This document shows positions 42,401 to 57,400 of a DNA stretch of 64,000 nt, piece after piece. Within the stretch, counting starts at the first letter, position 1. Each line of letters starts with the position of its first letter. The stretch lies in contig OZ024740.1 in NCBI GenBank assembly GCA_964016885.1, positions 10,292,001 to 10,356,000 on the forward strand. Direction: 5' to 3'. This DNA is from Eledone cirrhosa (lineage: Eukaryota). The notes under the pieces are model-generated. The model did no database searches. It was not told where the DNA came from and was given only the letters and a program-made list of their open reading frames with translations. The translations under genes were made by a program, and so were the position numbers.

Positions 42401-45400
42401 GGTGTCCCACTTTCTACCGCTACTGCCAATCCACCACCCTAGCATGGTGTACCACCCTCTACCGATACTGCCAATCCAGCACCCTAACATGGTGTCCCAC
42501 TTTCTACCGATACTGACAATCCACCACACTAGCATGGTGTCCGATCCTCTACCGATACTGCCAATCCACCCCCCTAGCATGGTGTCAGACCCTCTACCGA
42601 TACTGCCAATCCACCACCCTAGCATGGTGTCCCACCCTCTACCGATACTGCCAATCCACCACCCTAGCATGGTGTCAGACCCTCTACCGACACTGCAAAT
42701 CCACCACCCTAACATGGTGTCCGACCCTCTACCGATACTGCCAATCCACCACCCTAGCATGGTGTCCCACCCTCTACCGATACTGCCAATCCACCGCCCT
42801 AGCATGGTGTCCCACTCTCTACCGATACTGCCAATCCACCACACTAGCATGGTGTCCCACTCTCTACCGATACTGCCAATCCACCACCCTAGCATGGTGT
42901 CCACCCTCTACCGATACTGCCAATCCACCACCCTAGCATGGTGTCCCACTTTCTACCGCTACTGCCAATCCACCACCCTAGCATGGTGTCCCACCCTCTA
43001 CCGATACTGCCAATCCACCACCCTAGCATGGTGTCCCACCCTCTACCGATACTGCCAATCCACCACCCTAGCATGGTGTCCCACCCTCTACCGATACTGC
43101 CAATCTACCGCCCTAGCATAGTGTCCCACTCTCTACCGATACTGCCAATCCACCACACTAGCATGGTGTCCCACTCTCTACCGATACTGCCAATCCACCA
43201 CGCTAGCATGGTGTCCACCCTCTACCGATACTGCCAATCCACCACCCTAGCATGGTGTCCCACTTTCTACCGCTACTGCCAATCCACCACCCTAGCATGG
43301 TGTCCCACCCTCTACCGATACTGCCAATCCACCACCCTAGCATGGTGTCAGACCCTCTACCGATACTGCCAATCCACCACACTAGCATGGTGTCCCACTC
43401 TCTACCGATACTGCCAATCCACCACACTAGCATGGTGTCCCACTCTCTACCAATACTGCTAATCCACCACCCTAGCATGGTGTCCCACTCTCTACCGATA
43501 CTGCCAATCCACCACCCTAGCATGGTGTCAGACCCTCTACCGATACTGCCAATCCACCACCCTAGCATGGTGTCCCACCCTCTACCGATACTGCCAATCC
43601 ACCAGCCTAGCATGGTGTCAGACCCTCTACCGATACTGCCAATCCGCAACCCTAGCATGGTGTCCGACCCTCTACCGATACTGCCAATCCACCACCCTAG
43701 CATGGTGTCCCACCCTCTACAGATACTGCCAATCCACCACCCTAGCATGGTGTCAGACCCTCTACCGATACTGCCAATCCACCACCCTAGCATGGTGTCC
43801 CACCCTCTACCGATACTGCCAATCCACCACCCTAGCATGGTGTCCGATCCTCTACCGATACTGCCAATCCACCCCCTAGCATGGTGTCAGACCCTCTACC
43901 GATACTGCCAATCCACCACCCTAGCATGGTGTCCCACCCTCTACCGATACTGCCAATCCACCACCCTAGCATGGTGTCCGATCCTCTACCGATACTGCCA
44001 ATCCACCGCCCTAGCATGGTGTCTGATTCTCTACCGATACTGCCAATCCGCAACCCTAGCATGGTGTCCGACCCTCTACCGATACTGCCAATCCACCACC
44101 CTAGCATGGTGTCCCACCCTCTACCGATACTGCCAATCCACCACCCTAGCATGGTGTCAGACCCTCTACCGATACTGCCAATCCGCAACCCTAGCATGGT
44201 GTCCGACCCTCTACCGATACTGCCAATCCACCACCCTAGCATGGTGTCCCACCCTCTACAGTTACTGCCAATCCACCACCCTAGCATGGTGTCAGACCCT
44301 CTACCGATACTGCCAATCCACCACCCTAGCATGGTGTCCCACCCTCTACCGATACTGCCAATCCACCACCCTAGCATGGTGTCCGATCCTCTACCGATAC
44401 TGCCAATCCACCCCACTAGCATGGTGTCAGACCCTCTACCGATACTGCCAATCCACCACCCTAGCATGGTGTCCCACCCTCTACCGATACTGCCAATCCA
44501 CCACCCTAGCATGGTGTCAGACCCTCTACCCATACTGCCAATCCACCACCCTAGCATGGTGTCCCACCCTCTACCGATCCTGCCATCAACCACCCTAGCA
44601 TGGTGTCAGACCCTCTACCGATACTGCCAATCCACCACACTAGCATGGTGTCAGACCCTCTACCGATACTGCCAATCCACAACCCTAGCATGGTGTCAGA
44701 CCCTCTACCGATACTGCAAATCCACCGCCCTAGCATGGTGTCCGACCCTCTACCGATACTGCCAATCCACCACCCTAGCATGGTGTCCCACCCTCTACCG
44801 ATACGGCCAATCCACCGCCCTAGCATGGTGTCAGACCCTCTACCGATACTGCCAATCCACCAGCCTAGCATGGTGTCCCACTCTCTACCGATACTGCCAA
44901 TCCACCACACTAGCATGGTGTCCCACTCTCTACCGATACTGCCAATCCACCCCCCTAGCATGGTGTCAGACCCTCTACCGATACTGCCATTCCACCACCC
45001 TAGCATGGTGTCCCACCCTCTACCGATACTGCCAATCCACCACCCTAGCATGGTGTCAGACCCTCTACCGATACTGCCAATCCACCACACTAGCATGGTG
45101 TCCCACTCTCTACCGATACTGCCAATCCACCACCCTAGCATGGTGTCCCACCCTCTACCGATACTGCCAATTCACCACCCTAGCATGGTGTCCCACTCTC
45201 TACCGATACTGCCAATCCACCACCCTAGCATGGTGTCCGACCCTCTACCGATACTGCCAATCCACCACCCTAGCATGGTGTCAGACCCTCTACCGATACT
45301 GCCAATCCACCACCCTAGCATGGTGTCCGATCCTCTACCGATACTCCCAATCTACCCCCCTAGCATGGTGTCAGACCCTCTACCGATACTGCCAATCCAC

Positions 45401-48400
45401 CACCCTAGCATGGTGTCCCACCCTCTACCGATACTGCCAATCCACCGCCCTAGCATGGTGTCAGACCCTCTACCGATACTGCCAATCCACAACCCTAGCA
45501 TGGTGTCAGACCCTCTACTGATACTGCATATCCACCGCCCTAGCATGGTGTCCGACCCTCTACCGATACTGCCAATCCACCACCCTAGCATGGTGTCAGA
45601 CCCTCTACCGATACTGCCAATCCACGACCCTAGCATGGTGTCCCACCCTCTACCGATACTGCCAATCAACCACCCTAGCATGGTGTCCAACCCTCTACGA
45701 TACTGCCAATCCACCACCCTAGCATGGTGTCAGACCCTCTACCGATACTGCCAATCCACCACCCTAGCATGGTGTCAGACCCTCTACCGATACTGCCAAT
45801 CCACCACCCTAGCATGGTGTCCCACCCTCTACCGATACTGCCAATCCACCACCCTAGCATGGTGTCAGACCCTCTACCGATACTGACAATCCACCACCCT
45901 AGCATGGTGTCAGACCCTCTACCGATACTGCCAATCCACCGCCCTAGCATGGTGTCAGACCCTCTACCGATACTGCCAATCCACCACCCTAGCATGGTCT
46001 CCCACCCTCTACCGATACTGCCAATCCACCACCCTAGCATGGTGTCCCACCCTCTACCGATACTGCCAATCCACCACCCTAGCATGGTGTCAGACCCTCT
46101 ACCGATACTGCCAATCCACCACCCTAGCATGGTGTCAGACCCTCTACCGATACTGCCAATCCACCACCCTAGCATGGTCTCCCACCCTCTACCGATACTG
46201 CCAATCCACCAGCCTAGCATGGTGTCCCACCCTCTACCGATACTGCCAATCCACCACCCTAGCATGGTGTCAGACCCTCTACCGATACTGCCAATCCACC
46301 ACCCTAGCATGGTGTCAGACCCTCTACCGATACTGCCAATCCACCACCCTAGCATGGTGTCCCACCCTCTACCGATCCTGCCATCCACCACCCTAGCATG
46401 GTGTCAGAACCTCTACCGATACTGCCAATCCACAACCCTAGCATGGTGTCAGACCCTCTACCGATACTGCCAATCCACCGCCCTAGCATGGTGTCCGACC
46501 CTCTACCGATACTGCCAATCCACCGCCCTAGCATGGTGTCAGACCCTCTACCGATACTGCAAATCCACCGCCCTAGCATGGTGTCCGACCCTCTACCGAT
46601 ACTGCAAATCTACCGCCCTAGCATGGTGTCCGACCCTCTACCGATACTGCCAATCCACCGCCCTAGCATGGTGTCAGACCCTCTACCGATACTGCCAATC
46701 GACAACCCTAGCATGGTGTCCCACTCTCTACCGATACTGCCAATCCACCACCATAGCATGGTGTCCGACCCTCTACCGATACTGCCAATCCACCACCCTA
46801 GCATGGTGTCACACCCTCTACCGATACTGCCAATCCACCACCCTAGCATGGTGTCAGACGCTCTACCGATACTGCCAATCCACCACCCTAGCATGGTGTC
46901 CCACCCTCTACCGATACTGCCAATCCACCAGCCTAGCATGGTGTCCCACCCGCTACCGATACTGCCAATCCACCACCCTAGCATGGTGTCAGACCCTCTA
47001 CCGATACTGCCAATCCACCACACTAGCATGGTGTCCCACTCTCTACCGATACTGCCAATCCACCACCCTAGCATGGTGTCCCACCCTCTACCGATACTGC
47101 CAATCCACCACCCTAGCATGGTGTCCCACTCTCTACCGATACTGCCAATCCACCACCCTAGCATGGTGTCCCACCCTCTACCGATACTGCCAATCCACCA
47201 CACTAGCATGGTGTCCCACTCTCTACCGATACTGCCAATCCACCACCCTAGCATGGTGTCCCACCCTCTACCGATACTGCCAATCCACCACCCTAGCATG
47301 GTGTCCGATCCTCTACCGATACTGCCAATCCACCCCCCTAGCATGGTGTCAGACCCTCTACCGATACTGCCAATCCACCACCCTAGCATGGTGTCCCACC
47401 CTCTACCGATACTGCCAATCCACCACCCTAGCATGGTGTCAGACCCTCTACCGATACTGCCAATCCACAACCCTAGCATGGTGTCAGACCCTCTACCGAT
47501 ACTGCCAATCCACCGCCCTAGCATGGTGTCAGACCCTCTACAGATACTGCAAATCCACCGCCCTAGCATGGTGTCCGACCCTCTACCGATACTGCCAATC
47601 CACCGCCCTAGCATGGTGTCAGACCCTCTACCGATACTGCCAATCCACCACCCTAGCATGGTGTCCCACCCTCTACCGATACTGCCAATCCACCACCCTA
47701 GCATGGTGTCAGACCCTCTACCGATACTGCCAATCCACCACCCTAGCATGGTGTCCCACCCTCTACCGATCCTGCCATCCACCACCCTAGCATGGTGTCA
47801 GACCCTCTACCGATACTGACAATCCACCACCCTAGCATGGTGTCCCACCCTCTACTGATACTGCAAATCCACCGCCCTAGCATGGTGTCAGACCCTCTAC
47901 CGATCCTGCCATCCACCACCCTAGCATGGTGTCAGACCCTCTACCGATACTGCCAATCCACCGCCCTAGCATGGTGTCCGACCCTCTACCAATACTGCCA
48001 ATCCACCCCCCTAGCATGGTGACAGACCCTCTACCGATACTGCCAATCCACCGCCCTAGCATGGTGTCAGACCCTCTACCGATACTGCCAATCCACCCCC
48101 CTAGCATGGTGTCCGACCCTCTACCGATACTACCAATCCACCCCCCTAGCATGGTGTCCAACCCTCTACCGATACTGCCAATCCACCACCCTAGCATGGT
48201 GACCGACCCTCTACCGATACTACCAATCCACCCCCCTAGCATGGTGTCCAACCCTCTACCGATACTGCCAATCCACCACCCTAGCATGGTGTCCAACCCT
48301 CTACCGATACTGCCAATCCACCACCCTAGCATGGTGTCAGACCCTCTACCGATACTGCCAATCCACCACCCTAGCATGGTGACCGACCCTCTACCGATAC

Positions 48401-51400
48401 TGCCAATCCACCACCCTAGCATGGTGTCCGACCCTCTACCGATACTACCAATCCACCCCCCTAGCATGGTGTCCGACCCTCTACCGATACTACCAATCCA
48501 CCACCCTAGCATGGTGTCCAACCCTCTACCGATACTGCCAATCCACCACCCTAGCATGGTGTCCCACCCTCTACCGATACTGCCAATCCACCACCCTAGC
48601 ATGGTGACCGACCCTCTACCGATACTGCCAATCCACCACCCTAGCATGGTGTCCCACCCTCTACCGAAACTGCCAATCCACCACCCTAGCATGGTGTCAG
48701 ACCCTCTACCGATACTGCCAATCCACCACCCTACCATGGTGTCCCACCCTCTACCGATACTGCCAATCCACCACCCTAGCATGGTGTCAGACCCTCTACC
48801 GATACTGCCAATCCACCACCCTGGCATGGTGTCAGACCCTCTACCGATACTGCCAATCCACCACCCTAGCATGGTGTCAGACCCTCTACCGATACTGCCA
48901 ATCCACCACCCTAGCATGGTGTCAGACCCTCTACCGATACTGCCAATCCACCACCCTAGCATGGCGTCCGACCCTCTACCTATACTGCCAATCAACCACC
49001 CTAGCATGGTGTCAGACCCTCTACCGATACTGCCAATCCACCACCCTAGCATGGTGTCCCACTTTCTACCGATACTGACAATCCACCGCCCTAGCATGGT
49101 GTCAGACCCTCTACCGATACTGCCAATTCACCACCCTAGCATGGTGTCCCACCCTCTACCGATACTGCCAATCCACCACCCTAGCATGGTGTCCCACTTT
49201 CTACCGCTACTGCCAATCCACCACCCTAGCATGGTGTACCACCCTCTACCGATACTGCCAATCCAGCACCCTAACATGGTGTCCCACTTTCTACCGATAC
49301 TGACAATCCACCACACTAGCATGGTGTCCGATCCTCTACCGATACTGCCAATCCACCCCCCTAGCATGGTGTCAGACCCTCTACCGATACTGCCAATCCA
49401 CCACCCTAGCATGGTGTCCCACCCTCTACCGATACTGCCAATCCACCACCCTAGCATGGTGTCAGACCCTCTACCGACACTGCAAATCCACCACCCTAAC
49501 ATGGTGTCCGACCCTCTACCGATACTGCCAATCCACCACCCTAGCATGGTGTCCCACCCTCTACCGATACTGCCAATCCACCACCCTAGCATGGTGTCCC
49601 ACCCTCTACCGATACTGCCAATCCACCGCCCTAGCATGGTGTCCCACTCTCTACCGATACTGCCAATCCACCACACTAGCATGGTGTCCCACTCTCTACC
49701 GATACTGCCAATCCACCACCCTAGCATGGTGTCCACCCTCTACCGATACTGCCAATCCACCACCCTAGCATGGTGTCCCACTTTCTACCGCTACTGCCAA
49801 TCCACCACCCTAGCATGGTGTCCCACCCTCTACCGATACTGCCAATCCACCACCCTAGCATGGTGTCCCACCCTCTACCGATACTGCCAATCCACCACCC
49901 TAGCATGGTGTCCCACCCTCTACCGATACTGCCAATCCACCGCCCTAGCATGGTGTCCCACTCTCTACCGATACTGCCAATCCACCACACTAGCATGGTG
50001 TCCCACTCTCTACCGATACTGCCAATCCACCACCCTAGCATGGTGTCCACCCTCTACCGATACTGCCAATCCACCACCCTAGCATGGTGTCCCACTTTCT
50101 ACCGCTACTGCCAATCCACCACCCTAGCATGGTGTCCCACCCTCTACCGATACTGCCAATCCACCACCCTAGCATGGTGTCAGACCCTCTACCGATACTG
50201 CCAATCCACCACACTAGCATGGTGTCCCACTCTCTACCGATACTGCCAATCCACCACACTAGCATGGTGTCCCACTCTCTACCAATACTGCTAATCCACC
50301 ACCCTAGCATGGTGTCCCACTCTCTACCGATACTGCCAATCCACCACCCTAGCATGGTGTCAGACCCTCTACCGATACTGCCAATTCACCACCCTAGCAT
50401 GGTGTCCCACCCTCTACCGATACTGCCAATCCACCACCCTAGCATGGTGTCAGACCCTCTACCGATACTGCCAATCCGCAACCCTAGCATGGTGTCCGAC
50501 CCTCTACCGATACTTCCAATCCACCACCCTAGCATGGTGTCCCACCCTCTACAGATACTGCCAATCCACCACCCTAGCATGGTGTCAGACCCTCTACCGA
50601 TACTGCCAATCCACCACCCTAGCATGGTGTCCCACCCTCTACCGATACTGCCAATCCACCACCCTAGCATGGTGTCCGATCCTCTACCGATACTGCCAAT
50701 CCACCCCCCTAGCATGGTGTCAGACCCTCTACCGATACTGCCAATCCACCACCCTAGCATGGTGTCCCACCCTCTACCGATACTGCCAATCCACCACCCT
50801 AGCATGGTGTCCGATCCTCTACCGATACTGCCAATCCACCGCCCTAGCATGGTGTCTGATTCTCTACCGATACTGCCAATCCGCAACCCTAGCATGGTGT
50901 CCGACCCTCTACCGATACTGCCAATCCACCACCCTAGCATGGTGTCCCACCCTCTACCGATAATGCCAATCCACCACCCTAGCATGGTGTCAGACCCTCT
51001 ACCGATACTGCCAATCCGCAACCCTAGCATGGTGTCCGACCCTCTACCGATACTGCCAATCCACCACCCTAGCATGGTGTCCCACCCTCTACAGATACTG
51101 CCAATCCACCACCCTAGCATGGTGTCAGACCCTCTACCGATACTGCCAATCCACCACCCTAGCATGGTGTCCCACCCTCTACCGATACTGCCAATCCACC
51201 ACCCTAGCATGGTGTCCGATCCTCTACCGATACTGCCAATCCACCCCCCTAGCATGGTGTCAGACCCTCTACCGATACTGCCAATCCACCACCCTAGCAT
51301 GGTGTCCCACCCTCTACCGATACTGCCAATCCACCACCCTAGCATGGTGTCAGACCCTCTACCCATACTGCCAATCCACCACCCTAGCATGGTGTCCCAC

Positions 51401-54400
51401 CCTCTACCGATCCTGCCATCCACCACCCAACATGGTGTCAGACCCTCTACCGATACTGCCAATCCACCACACTAGCATGGTGTCAGACCCTCTACCGATA
51501 CTGCCAATCCACAACCCTAGCATGGTGTCAGACCCTCTACCGATACTGCAAATCCACCGCCCTAGCATGGTGTCCGACCCTCTACCGATACTGCCAATCC
51601 ACCACCCTAGCATGGTGTCCCACCCTCTACCGATACTGCCAATCCACCGCCCTAGCATGGTGTCAGACCCTCTACCGATACTGCCAATCCACCACCCTAG
51701 CATGGTGTCCCACTCTCTACCGATACTGCCAATCCACCACACTAGCATGGTGTCCCACTCTCTACCGATACTGCCAATCCACCCCCCTAGCATGGTGTCA
51801 GACCCTCTACCGATACTGCCATTCCACCACCCTAGCATGGTGTCCCACCCTCTACCGATACTGCCAATCCACCACCCTAGCATGGTGTCAGACCCTCTAC
51901 CGATACTGCCAATCCACCACACTAGCATGGTGTCCCACTCTCTACCGATACTGCCAATCCACCACCCTAGCATGGTGTCCCACCCTCTACCGATACTGCC
52001 AATTCACCACCCTAGCATGGTGTCCCACTCTCTACCGATACTGCCAATCCACCACCCTAGCATGGTGTCCGACCCTCTACCGATACTGCCAATCCACCAC
52101 CCTAGCATGGTGTCAGACCCTCTACCGATACTGCCAATCCACCACCCTAGCATGGTGTCCGATCCTCTACCGATACTCCCAATCTACCCCCCTAGCATGG
52201 TGTCAGACCCTCTACCGATACTGCCAATCCACCACCCTAGCATGGTGTCAGACCCTCTACCGATACTGCCAATCCACGACCCTAGCATGGTGTCCCACCC
52301 TCTACCGATACTGCCAATCAACCACCCTAGCATGGTGTCCAACCCTCTACCGATACTGCCAATCCACCACCCTAGCATGGTGTCAGACCCTCTACCGATA
52401 CTGCCAATCCACCACCCTAGCATGGTGTCAGACCCTCTACCGATACTGACAATCCACCACCCTAGCATGGTGTCAGACCCTCTACCGATACTGCCAATCC
52501 ACCGCCCTAGCATGGTGTGTGACTCTCTACCGATACTGCCAATCCACCACCCTAGCATGGTGTCCCACCCTCTACCGATACTGCCAATCCACCGCCCTAA
52601 CATGGTGTCCGACCCTCTACCGATACTTCCAATCCACCACCCTAGCATGGTGTCCCACTTTCTACCGATACTGACAATCCACCGCCCTAGCATGGTGTCA
52701 GACCCTCTACCGATACTACCAATTCACCACCCTAGCATGGTGTCCCACCCTCTACCGATACTGCCAATCCACCACCCTAGCATGGTGTCCGACCCTCTAC
52801 CGATACTGCCAATCCACCGCCCTAACATGGTGTCCGACCCTCTACCGATACTTCCAATCCACCACCCTAGCATGGTGTCCCACTTTCTACCGCTACTGCC
52901 AATCCACCACCCTAGCATGGTGTCCCACCCTCTACCGATACTACCAATTCACCACCCTAGCATGGTGTCCCACCCTCTACCGATACTGCCAATCCACCAC
53001 CCTAGCATGGTGTCCCACTTTCTACCGCTACTGCCAATCCACCACCCTAGCATGGTGTACCACCCTCTACCGATACTACCAATCCACCACCCTAGCATGG
53101 TGTCCCACCCTCTACCGATACTGCCAATCCACCACCCTAGCATGGTGTCCCACCCTCTACCGATACTGCCAATCCACCACCCTAGCATGGTGTCCCACGC
53201 TCTACCGATACTGCCAATCCAGCACCCTAGCATGGTGTCCCACTTTCTACCGATACTGACAATCCACCGCCCTAGCATGGTGTCCGACCCTCTACCGATA
53301 CTGCCAATCCACCACCCTAGCATGGTGTCCCACACTCTACCGATACTGCCAATCCACCACCCTAGCATGTTGTCCCACTTTCTACTGATACTGCCAATCC
53401 ACCACCCTAGCATGGTGTCCCACCCTCTACCGATACTGCCAATCCAGCACCCTAGCATGGTGTCCCACTTTCTACCGATACTGACAATCCACCGCCCTAG
53501 CATGGTGTCCGACCCTCTACCGATACTGCCAATTCACCACCCTAGCATGGTGTCCCACCCTCTACCGATACTGCCAATCCACCACCCTAGCATGGTGTCC
53601 CACTTTCTACCGCTACTGCCAATCCACCACCCTAGCATGGTGTCCCACCCTCTACCGATACTGCCAATCCACCACACTAGCATGGTGTCCCACTCTCTAC
53701 CGATACTGCCAATCCACCACCCTAGCATGGTGTCCCACCCTCTACCGATACTGCCAATCCACCACCCTAGCATGGTGTCCGATCCTCTACCGATACTGCC
53801 AATCCACCCCCCTAGCATGGTGTCAGACCCTCTACCGATACTGCCAATCCACCACCCTAGCATGGTGTCCCACCCTCTACCGATACTGCCAATCCACCAC
53901 CCTAGCATGGAGTCAGACCCTCTACCGATACTGCCAATCCACCACCCTAGCATGGTGTCCCACCCTCTACCGATCCTGCCATCCACCACCCTAGCATGGT
54001 GTCAGACCCTCTACCGATACTGACAATCCACCACCCTAGCATGGTGTCCCACCCTCTACTGATACTGCAAATCCACCGCCCTAGCATGGTGTCAGACCCT
54101 CTACCGATCCTGCCATCCACCACCCTAGCATGGTGTCAGACCCTCTACCGATACTGCCAATCCACCGCCCTAGCATGGTGTCCGACCCTCTACCAATACT
54201 GCCAATCCACCCCCCTAGCATGGTGTCAGACCCTCTACCGATACTGCCAATCCACCGCCCTAGCATGGTGCCAGACCCTCTACCGATACTGCCAATCCAC
54301 CCCCCTAGCATGGTGTCCGACCCTCTACCGATACTACCAATCCACCCCCTAGCATGGTGTCCAACCCTCTACCGATACTGCCAATCCACCACCCTAGCAT

Positions 54401-57400
54401 GGTGACCGACCCTCTACCGATACTACCAATCCACCACCCTAGCATGGTGTCCAACCCTCTACCGATACTGCCAATCCACCACCCTAGCATGGTGTCAGAC
54501 CCTCTACCGATACTGCCAATCCACCACCCTAGCATGGTGACCGACCCTCTACCGATACTGCCAATCCACCACCCTAGCATGGTGTCAGACCCTCTACCGA
54601 TACTGCCAATCCACCCCCCTAGCATGGTGTCCGACCCTCTACCGATACTACCAATCCACCCCCCTAGCATGGTGTCCGACCCTCTACCGATACTACCAAT
54701 CCACCACCCTAGCATGGTGTCCAACCCTCTACCGATACTGCCAATCCACCACCCTAGCATGGTGTCCCACCCTCTACCGATACTGCCAATCCATCACCCT
54801 AGCATGGTGACCGACCCTCTACCGATACTGCCAATCCACCACCCTAGCATGGTGTCCCACCCTCTACCGATACTGCCAATCCACCACCCTAGCATGGTGT
54901 CAGACCCTCTACCGATACTGCCAATCCACCACCCTACCATGGTGTCCCACCCTCTACCGATACTGCCAATCCACCACCCTAGCATGGTGTCAGACCCTCT
55001 ACCGATACTGCCAATCCACCACCCTGGCATGGTGTCAGACCCTCTACCGATACTGCCAATCCACCACCCTAGCATGGTGTCAGACCCTCTACCGATACTG
55101 CCAATCCACCACCCTAGCATAGTGTCAGACCCTCTACCGATACTGCCAATCCACCACCCTAGCATGGCGTCCGACCCTCTACCTATACTGCCAATCAACC
55201 ACCCTAGCATGGTGTCAGACCCTCTACCGATACTGCCAATCCACCACCCTAGCATGGTGTCCCACTTTCTACCGATACTGACAATCCACCGCCCTAGCAT
55301 GGTGTCAGACCCTCTACCGATACTGCCAATTCACCACCCTAGCATGGTGTCCCACCCTCTACCGATACTGCCAATCCACCACCCTAGCATGGTGTCCCAC
55401 TTTCTACCGCTACTGCCAATCCACCACCCTAGCATGGTGTACCACCCTCTACCGATACTGCCAATCCAGCACCCTAACATGGTGTCCCACTTTCTACCGA
55501 TACTGACAATCCACCACACTAGCATGGTGTCCGATCCTCTACCGATACTGCCAATCCACCCCCCTAGCATGGTGTCAGACCCTCTACCGATACTGCCAAT
55601 CCACCACCCTAGCATGGTGTCCCACCCTCTACCGATACTGCCAATCCACCACCCTAGCATGGTGTCAGACCCTCTACCGACACTGCAAATCCACCACCCT
55701 AACATGGTGTCCGACCCTCTACCGATACTGCCAATCCACCACCCTAGCATGGTGTCCCACCCTCTACCGATACTGCCAATCCACCACCCTAGCATGGTGT
55801 CCCACCCTCTACCGATACTGCCAATCCACCGCCCTAGCATGGTGTCCCACTCTCTACCGATACTGCCAATCCACCACAGTAGCATGGTGTCCCACTCTCT
55901 ACCGATACTGCCAATCCACCACCCTAGCATGGTGTCCACCCTCTACCGATACTGCCAATCCACCACCCTAGCATGGTGTCCCACTTTCTACCGCTACTGC
56001 CAATCCACCACCCTAGCATGGTGTCCCACCCTCTACCGATACTGCCAATCCACCACCCTAGCATGGTGTCCCACCCTCTACCGATACTGCCAATCCACCG
56101 CCCTAGCATGGTGTCCCACTCTCTACCGATACTGCCAATCCACCACCCTAGCATGGTGTCCCACCCTCTACCGATACTGCCAATCCACCACCCTAGCATG
56201 GTGTCCCACCCTCTACCGATACTGCCAATCCACCACCCTAGCATGGTGTCCCACCCTCTACCGATACTGCCAATCCACTACCCTAGCATGGTGTCCCACC
56301 CTCTACAGATACTGCCAATCCACCACCCTAGCATGGTGTCAGACCCTCTACCGATACTGCCAATCCACCACCCTAGCATGGTGTCAGACCCTCTACCGAT
56401 ACTGCCAATCCGCAACCCTAGCATGGTGTCCGACCCTCTACCGATACTGCCAATCCACTACCCTAGCATGGTGTCCCACCCTCTACAGATACTGCCAATC
56501 CACCACCCTAGCATGGTGTCAGACCCTCTACCGATACTGCCAATCCACTACCCTAGCATGGTGTCCCACCCTCTACCGATACTGCCAATCCACCACCCTA
56601 GCATGGTGTCAGACCCTCTACCGATACTGCCAATCCACCCCCCTAGCATGGTGTCAGACCCTCTACCGATACTGCCAATCCACCACCCTAGCATGGTGTC
56701 CCACCCTCTACCGATACTGCCAATCCACCACCCTAGCATGGTGTCCGATCCTCTACCGATACTGCCAATCCACCGCCCTAGCATGGTGTCTGATTCTCTA
56801 CCGATACTGCCAATCCGCAACCCTAGCATGGTGTCCGACCCTCTACCGATACTGCCAATCCACCACCCTAGCATAGTGTCCCACCCTCTACCGATACTGC
56901 CAATCCACCACCCTAGCATGGTGTCAGACCCTCTACCGATACTGCCAATCCGCAACACTAGCATGGTGTCCGACCCTCTACCGATACTGCCAATCCACCA
57001 CCCTAGCATGGTGTCCCACCCTCTACAGATACTGCCAATCCACCACCCTAGCATGGTGTCAGACCCTCTACCCATACTGCCAATCCACCACCCTAGCATG
57101 GTGTCCCACCCTCTACCGATCCTGCCATCCACCACCCTAGCATGGTGTCAGACCCTCTACCGATACTGCCAATCCACCACACTAGCATGGTGTCAGACCC
57201 TCTACCGATACTGCCAATCCACAACCCTAGCATGGTGTCAGACCCTCTACCGATACTGCAAATCCACCGCCCTAGCATGGTGTCCGACCCTCTACCGATA
57301 CTGCCAATCCACCACCCTAGCATGGTGTCCCACCCTCTACCGATACTGCCAATCCACCGCCCTAGCATGGTGTCAGACCCTCTACCGATACTGCCAATCC